Shown here: positions 46,429-51,346 of the stretch, piece by piece
How positions within the stretch are numbered: the stretch's first letter is position 1
Layout: each line of letters starts with the position of its first letter
Source: a virus
Lineage: Duplodnaviria > Caudoviricetes
Strand: one strand, 5' to 3'
Length of the DNA stretch: 51,346 nt
Virus record (IMG/VR): IMGVR_UViG_3300049259_000157
Coordinates: 1-51,346 of that record
Program-made: the position numbers and the translations under genes
Notes under the pieces: generated by a model
Databases searched by the model: none
What the model was told of the DNA's origin: nothing
The model's input: only the letters and a program-made list of their open reading frames with translations

Positions 46429-46598
46429 TGGACCGCTGGAACGTCCACACTGGTCGCCCGTCGTGGCATCAGGCCAAGGCTGGCCACATCTCCGCGGGCT
46501 GCACGAGCTTCACGGATCGCCAAGCTGCCGATCGCTACGCCGACACCTATCGCCGCAACCACCCTGACGATCCGTGCTTCGTGCAGGAGGTCAAGTAG
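46428..46598 (+). CDS. 56-aa hypothetical protein (MDRWNVHTGRP...)
   Basis: TGATG coupling. Confidence 0.65.
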   Translation: MDRWNVHTGRPSWHQAKAGHISAGCTSFTDRQAADRYADTYRRNHPDDPCFVQEVK

Positions 46599-46599
46599 C

Positions 46600-46830
46600 A
46601 TGCCGGCGCGCGGCGACCTCACGGTGCCATACGCCTACCACGGAGTCTCCGACGGCGTTCCCACGCCATGGATCGCGCAGGACCTGACGCTCCTCGAGCA
46701 GATCGCAATCGAGGCCGCGCTGCACGACGATCACCTCACGGTCGAGCTGTGCGAGCTCGCGGTCCACGGATCGCCCAACGTGAGGGAGGCCGCATGCGAT
46801 GCGATCTACGCGAAGCTCGGTGGGCGATGA
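46600..46830 (+). CDS. Hypothetical protein
   Basis: AGGAGG RBS in a junction repeat. Confidence 0.7.
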   Translation: MPARGDLTVPYAYHGVSDGVPTPWIAQDLTLLEQIAIEAALHDDHLTVELCELAVHGSPNVREAACDAIYAKLGGR

Positions 46831-47075
46831 GCTTGAAATTCGCAGTCAACGGCGCTCCGATACCGTGTCCGGGCGCCACTCTCGAGTACCACAACGGGTC
46901 CGTCCGTTGCCCAGAATGCGCAGCGGCGTGGGGCTCGGTCGAGCCATTCATCGTAGCATCCAAGCGGCTAATTCAGGCGCTCGAGACATCCGACCCGCGC
47001 GGCGTCCTGCCGGAGCTCGCCGAGCGTATGATGCTTATCTGGGGCGAGGCCATGCGGGGGACCGAGGGCCAATAG
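46827..47075 (+). CDS. Small Cys protein (CPG...CPEC)
   Basis: ATGA overlap. Confidence 0.7.
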   Translation: MSLKFAVNGAPIPCPGATLEYHNGSVRCPECAAAWGSVEPFIVASKRLIQALETSDPRGVLPELAERMMLIWGEAMRGTEGQ

Positions 47076-47130
47076 CGTCCGTGGCGCCCAGCGATTTCAC
47101 AGGTATGTCCTGTGCGCTCGCTAGACCCCA

Positions 47131-47177
47131 TTGACAATGTGATACTTCGGACGACACTTCACACAGGACACAGGAGG
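47131..47177 (+). promoter_or_regulatory. Conserved early element, copy C, with a perfect TTGACA and AGGAGG RBS
   Basis: TTGACAATGTGATACTTCGGACGACACT; flanked by GTCCTGT (47107) and ACAGGAC (47163). Confidence 0.65.
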
Positions 47178-47183
47178 TTTGGA

Positions 47184-48725
47184 ATGGAAATCGAGCTCGA
47201 AATCGACGCACCGTGCAACCAATGCGGCCGCGTCAGACTCCTCGGCGTGGATGGCAGCTGCCGACCGTGCGCAACCGACCGACCGACGGTCAGCTACCAG
47301 GCCGATCCGCCCGCCATCATCGTCAACGGATCTTCGCAGGCATCGGTGGATGCGGTGAGCGAATCGCTTCGCGATATCGTCGCGGCATCCCGTCACAACT
47401 CGTCCGTGCAGGGCATCGGATCTCTGGCCGGGGGCCAGCTGCAGGGGATCGGGTTCTCCAACAAGGAGGGCTACATCACGGCGATCCGCAACGGGGTTCC
47501 TGGCCGCACGCACGCCGAGTACATGACGGTGCTGCGCTCGCGGTACGGCATGACCACGGCCGACATCGCGGCGCTCGCGCTGCCGGGCCCCATGACGCCG
47601 ACCGCGCTCCCCGATGGCCCCGGCATCAAGCATGTGCCGACCGGGCCGTCCGTCTTCGACCGGCCGCGCTCGGAACGCACGTTCGTCGTCGGGCCCAAGG
47701 CGAACGACGTCGTTGAGGCCGCGCCGATCGTCAAGCTTGAGCACGGCCAGCTCATCGCCGGCGCGACGGCCGAGGGGCACGGAGTCCTGGTCGGCTGGCA
47801 GGGCCAGGGCAAGCTCTCCCGCGGTGCGCTTGTCGCGGCGATCGAGACGCTGGGCGTCAGGGTGCCGCTCGCGACGTCGGCTCGCGCACAGGCAGGCCGG
47901 GTCATGGGCGAGCTGAACGGGCTCGGCTACGTGGTCCGCGTCGCCCGCGAGGCCAGGGCGGTCAACACCACGATATGGACGATCGGGCGGGTCAATCACA
48001 AGTCGCTCGTGGGCAGCGAGCTCGGCGAGGTCACGATGCGCGCCACGCTGCATCCCGACGGCTCGATCACGACCGATGGCGGCGGGGGTCTCGCAGAGCA
48101 AGTGCAGGCCAAGTACAAGACGCTCGTCGAGGGCGAGATCTACCAGGCCGCCGACATCACCGGCTGGCTCGTCCGCACGCTGATGATCGGCTACGACGCG
48201 GTGCGGTTCGGCGTCGGCTGGTACGTGCCAGCGCGGCATGCCGCGGCCGCGGGCGAGCTGTGCGCGACGGTCTCTAAGATCTGGGGCTCGGACTGGATCG
48301 TGCCCGCGCTGCCCGTGGCGACCAGCGACCAGCTGCGCGATGGCATCGTTCGTGGACTCACGGACGAGGTCGCGAGCCTGCTGCACAAGCTGGCGACTGA
48401 GCGCAACACGGCACAGGTGGCATATGAGGACCGCGTTGCGACGCACAAGGCCAACCAGCAAGACCTGATGATCGGGCGCGGCGACATCGGCCCCAAGCGC
48501 GCGGCGTCGTTCCTGGTCGAGCTCCGCGCGATCGGCGCCCGCATGGTGGCCTACGGGCAGATCCTCGGCGAGGAGCGCGTGAAGCTCGCCAGCGACAGCG
48601 TGCGCGCCGCGGTCGTCGAGCTCGAGTCGGTGCTCAGCGATGACTTCTCGGGGATCAGCGCACGGTTCGCCGCGGTGTGGGACGAGATCGAGCTCGACCG
48701 CAAGCGCTCGGGCGGGGTGCTCTGA
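47184..48725 (+). CDS. Large early protein: N-terminal CxxC-CxxC finger, C-terminal DUF6744/DUF3150-like region
   Basis: CNQC...CRPC; VLVGW...GWYVP...helical C-terminus; family call tentative. Confidence 0.7.
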   Translation: MEIELEIDAPCNQCGRVRLLGVDGSCRPCATDRPTVSYQADPPAIIVNGSSQASVDAVSESLRDIVAASRHNSSVQGIGSLAGGQLQGIGFSNKEGYITAIRNGVPGRTHAEYMTVLRSRYGMTTADIAALALPGPMTPTALPDGPGIKHVPTGPSVFDRPRSERTFVVGPKANDVVEAAPIVKLEHGQLIAGATAEGHGVLVGWQGQGKLSRGALVAAIETLGVRVPLATSARAQAGRVMGELNGLGYVVRVAREARAVNTTIWTIGRVNHKSLVGSELGEVTMRATLHPDGSITTDGGGGLAEQVQAKYKTLVEGEIYQAADITGWLVRTLMIGYDAVRFGVGWYVPARHAAAAGELCATVSKIWGSDWIVPALPVATSDQLRDGIVRGLTDEVASLLHKLATERNTAQVAYEDRVATHKANQQDLMIGRGDIGPKRAASFLVELRAIGARMVAYGQILGEERVKLASDSVRAAVVELESVLSDDFSGISARFAAVWDEIELDRKRSGGVL

Positions 48726-48961
48726 TGCCGACTCGCACAGAGCTGCAGCTCGAACTACAGGGCATCATGCGCGCCCTTGACGAGACGATGCAGGAGATCC
48801 ACGGCGAGCGCATCGGCGTGACGCTGTTCGTGTTCGAGCTCGGCAAGGATGGCGGCACGAACCTCGCGTACGTCTCGAACGCCGAGATCCCGGCGATGAT
48901 CCAGACCGTCAAGGGATGGCTCGCGATGGTGGAGAGCGGCATGACGAGCGAACCGCGGTGA
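48725..48961 (+). CDS. Hypothetical protein (GVTLFVFE...YVSNA)
   Basis: TGATG coupling. Confidence 0.75.
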   Translation: MPTRTELQLELQGIMRALDETMQEIHGERIGVTLFVFELGKDGGTNLAYVSNAEIPAMIQTVKGWLAMVESGMTSEPR

Positions 48962-49164
48962 ACCGCCAGCGCCGCGACCAGGTCAGACGGCATACGCTCG
49001 AGTATCTCGGGAACCTGCTGCATTGTTGTCCCGATCAACGCGGTCAACTATACGTTGACGACACGGGCAGGGTGATAAACGACGACGAACAACGGTTTAT
49101 CGTCTCCATTTGCCAGCAAGAGGGGATGCGGCTCATCGCCCGCGCCAAGAGGAGCAAGCCGTGA
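48958..49164 (+). CDS. Hypothetical protein, ends KRSKP; more AT-rich codons
   Basis: GTGA coupling. Confidence 0.65.
   Translation: MNRQRRDQVRRHTLEYLGNLLHCCPDQRGQLYVDDTGRVINDDEQRFIVSICQQEGMRLIARAKRSKP
49147..49164 (+). repeat. Gene-junction repeat AAGAGGAGCAAGCCGTGA (exact copy 49344-49361, partial 49603-49612)
   Basis: Read directly. Confidence 0.9.
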
Positions 49165-49361
49165 TCACCGGGTGTTACGACCTCGTGCTGTATTGCGACG
49201 CCGACGGATGCCACGGCGGACGGGCTCGCGGGCCATCCAGGTTCGAGGCGACCGATGAGTTCGGATCGGTGTGCCGCACGATGGCACGCCAAGACGGATG
49301 GGTGCTGCGGCGTGACGGCACCTGCGTATGCCCGGCCTGCGCAAAGAGGAGCAAGCCGTGA
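49161..49361 (+). CDS. Small zinc-finger protein, ends KRSKP
   Basis: LYCDADGC...GW...CVCPAC. Confidence 0.75.
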   Translation: MITGCYDLVLYCDADGCHGGRARGPSRFEATDEFGSVCRTMARQDGWVLRRDGTCVCPACAKRSKP

Positions 49362-49612
49362 GTAGGGCCAAGTTCAAACCCGGTCAGGCCGTCGAGGTTC
49401 TTCGGGACATGCAGAGAACGTGGGAAGCTGCCACCTACGTGGGACGATGTCAGTCGATCGGGCGCTCGTTCCATCGCGTGAAGCTTGCGACACCTAAGCG
49501 CATAGACAGCGGCACCGGAATTGACATCGACGCCGATGATCCGCGCGGATACCTGACGGACAATGATGTCCTGCCTGCCATGCGGATTCGCCACCCCAAG
49601 GCCAAGCCGTGA
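49358..49612 (+). CDS. Small SH3/Tudor-like beta protein, ends KAKP
   Basis: FKPGQAVEV...WEAATYVG. Confidence 0.7.
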   Translation: MSRAKFKPGQAVEVLRDMQRTWEAATYVGRCQSIGRSFHRVKLATPKRIDSGTGIDIDADDPRGYLTDNDVLPAMRIRHPKAKP

Positions 49613-49917
49613 GACTTCGCAAGCCAGGGGTCACCGATCTGACGCTCATGACCACCATCGTGCTGACCGACGGCATCCCGCAGATCCGCTTCTGGGACGA
49701 TGACGAGGAGGACGACGCCATGGAGTACATCCGCAAGATCAAGGAGCCCGGCGCGGCATACGTCAGCCGCGTGACCTGGAATGGCGAGCTCAAGCTCGCC
49801 TCCGTGAAGTACCAGGCGAGCTCGATCACCAGGGCTTGCCCGAAGTGCAACGCCCCGGTCGGCGCGGGCTGCAAGAAGCCCAACGGTGACCCCACAGCGC
49901 TACACAGGATGCGATGA
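49609..49917 (+). CDS. Protein with a C-terminal zinc finger
   Basis: CPKCNAPVGAGC...H. Confidence 0.75.
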   Translation: MRLRKPGVTDLTLMTTIVLTDGIPQIRFWDDDEEDDAMEYIRKIKEPGAAYVSRVTWNGELKLASVKYQASSITRACPKCNAPVGAGCKKPNGDPTALHRMR

Positions 49918-50016
49918 CGCCTCCGGGGTGGAAGGCGACCGAGCCGTTCCAATAGGACGCCGCGCGTTGGCGCCTTGCGGCGCGCCCATCATGTGGGCGG
50001 ACCGGAGGGATTCAAC

Positions 50017-50526
50017 ATGAGTACAGACGACAACCCAGACACCACGCGCGCGAAGATGATCGCGCTCCTCGCCCTACTCGACGTACTCGAGGGCGGCGGC
50101 GACATGACAGCGATCGGCATCGACCGCATCGACAAGGTCGGCGACCACAACGGAGGCAGATTCGCCGGCAAGCTCCGGCTCAAGTTCACCGTGTTCGCGA
50201 CGGAGTCGCGCACGATGGAGCTCGCCGACGAGCTGCGCTCGAGTAGCTCAGAGCAGGCCATGCTTTCCATGGTCGCTCAGCGGATCGGCCGCGACGACAA
50301 GCTCAAGTTCGCGCTGCGGATGATCGGCGCCTGGTCGGAGCTTGCGCAGCGCCTGGTCGACATGTTCTACACCAAGGGCAAGCTACTCGCCGAGGGCCGC
50401 AGGCAGTTGCCCGAGCCCGTCACCGCGGGCCCAGTTCCGGCGGCGCACTGCTTCGACGCAAGCGCATGCGTGTTGGGAAAGCCCTGCAAATGCTCTTGTT
50501 TAGCCTGCAGGCCAAAGCTGAAATGA
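50017..50526 (+). CDS. Hypothetical protein with a Cys-rich tail
   Basis: GGAGG RBS; HCF...CKCSCLAC. Confidence 0.75.
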   Translation: MSTDDNPDTTRAKMIALLALLDVLEGGGDMTAIGIDRIDKVGDHNGGRFAGKLRLKFTVFATESRTMELADELRSSSSEQAMLSMVAQRIGRDDKLKFALRMIGAWSELAQRLVDMFYTKGKLLAEGRRQLPEPVTAGPVPAAHCFDASACVLGKPCKCSCLACRPKLK

Positions 50527-50738
50527 AGCCCAAGGGCTACATCGACCTCGATCAGCTGCGCGACCAGATCGCACAGGCCGCTGAGGAGATCGCGGCGGGC
50601 GCCGGGATCGAGAACCCACGCGCCCGCGTCGAGCTCGACCTGCCCAGCAAGGGCAAGCGAACCATCCGCGTCTACGTCTCGCACGCCTCGAAAGAGGACT
50701 ACGAGCGCCAGACCGGCCTCAAGTGGCAAGACAACTAA
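50523..50738 (+). CDS. Hypothetical protein
   Basis: ATGA overlap. Confidence 0.7.
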   Translation: MKPKGYIDLDQLRDQIAQAAEEIAAGAGIENPRARVELDLPSKGKRTIRVYVSHASKEDYERQTGLKWQDN

Positions 50739-50760
50739 CGCTACAGGACAGGAGCGGGAC

Positions 50761-50979
50761 ATGTACCAAGTTCGACAGGATGGACAGGACTGTGACAGCG
50801 ACATTTCGCTGATCGGCGCGACGATTCGCGCAAAGTCGCGGGCGACCTACGCCGGCAAGGGCAAGTTCACCGTGATGCGCCTGCTGTTCGCGCCGGGCCG
50901 CGAGGGCAAGCACCTCGGCGAGGAGCTCGCAGCGTCGTACACCTGGACCGGCGGCAAGCTGATCGCGTGGGTGCGATGA
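50761..50979 (+). CDS. Hypothetical protein; leader and 5' end dense in CAGGA motifs
   Basis: AGGAG RBS. Confidence 0.7.
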   Translation: MYQVRQDGQDCDSDISLIGATIRAKSRATYAGKGKFTVMRLLFAPGREGKHLGEELAASYTWTGGKLIAWVR

Positions 50980-51200
50980 GCGATCACGGCAAAGACATGC
51001 TCTACCGCGATGAGCTCCAGGCGCTGCTGCTTGCCGTCGAGCTGACAGCTATGACGCTGGGCCCGCATGCCCCTATCGATCACAAGGCTGCGCTGGGGCG
51101 TCTGTTCGTAAAGTTGGAGCGCATGGCCGCGGTGGCCCCGAGCAGGCCGGCCGCCTTGGCCGCCGGCCAGGGCAACGACTCGATCTCGGTGGACAAGTGA
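50976..51200 (+). CDS. Hypothetical protein
   Basis: ATGA overlap. Confidence 0.7.
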   Translation: MSDHGKDMLYRDELQALLLAVELTAMTLGPHAPIDHKAALGRLFVKLERMAAVAPSRPAALAAGQGNDSISVDK

Positions 51201-51219
51201 GCACGCACGTCGAGTACAT

Positions 51220-51346
51220 CAAGCATGCGCTCACGCTCGCGCGCCCCAAGCCGGCCTCGCTCCTGCGCCAGGGCGAAGCGTTCGGGCATGCCGCGGTGAG
51301 GTCTGCGCGTGCGGCGCGCCGACGCGCGTTGCAGGCCGCGCGCCCC
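51220..51346. repeat. Terminal direct repeat (127 bp), identical to 1-127
   Basis: Exact match to window start. Confidence 0.97.

Larger units (their letters stand above)
1..51219. mobile_element. Complete tailed phage genome (contractile tail, Mu-like virion module, non-transposable replication module)
   Basis: Terminase, portal, capsid, sheath, tube, tape measure, baseplate, lysis, primase/helicase all present; circular overlap; no host housekeeping genes. Confidence 0.95.

Noticed and set aside
44828-46602. Junction repeats as a CRISPR array
   Set aside because: Intervals are 150-900 bp protein-coding genes, not uniform spacers
49918-50010. Possible tRNA or structured RNA in an intergenic gap
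   Set aside because: Only short GC hairpins; no T-loop, cloverleaf or CCA. No tRNA recognised anywhere in the window

Overview
The window is an apparently complete, circularly assembled high-GC tailed bacteriophage genome of 51,219 unique bp. Bases 1-127 repeat exactly at 51220-51346, and one ORF reads through the junction. A long minus-strand late region (about 38.4 kb down to 14.1 kb) encodes a Mu-like contractile-tail virion in near-Mu order: terminase, DUF935-type portal, protease/scaffold, decoration protein, gpT-like capsid, gp35/36/G/37/38-like proteins, sheath, tube, frameshifted tail chaperone, tape measure, gpN, gpP, spike and gp46/47/48. A spanin/holin/NlpC-P60 lysis cassette follows. 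I found no transposase, integrase or ParA. Replication and recombination instead rely on a primase, a DnaB/RecA-fold helicase, a RecT-like annealing protein, a Cas4-like exonuclease and RusA. A non-coding control region of about 845 bp (42183-43027) separates leftward genes from a rightward array of small early genes. Most notable observations: (1) a heptamer ACAGGAC found at least 23 times, often through rare codons, mostly on the mRNA strand and absent from the core virion genes, resembling CsrA/RsmA sites or a phage operator; (2) repeated stop-RBS-start junction sequences that make the early region look like a cassette array; (3) a stand-alone response-regulator receiver domain; (4) a tail gene with an in-frame upstream lipoprotein leader; (5) a DnaA box in a hairpin loop. 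A Myxococcota-like host is an inference only. All family assignments come from motif recognition by eye; no database search was run.
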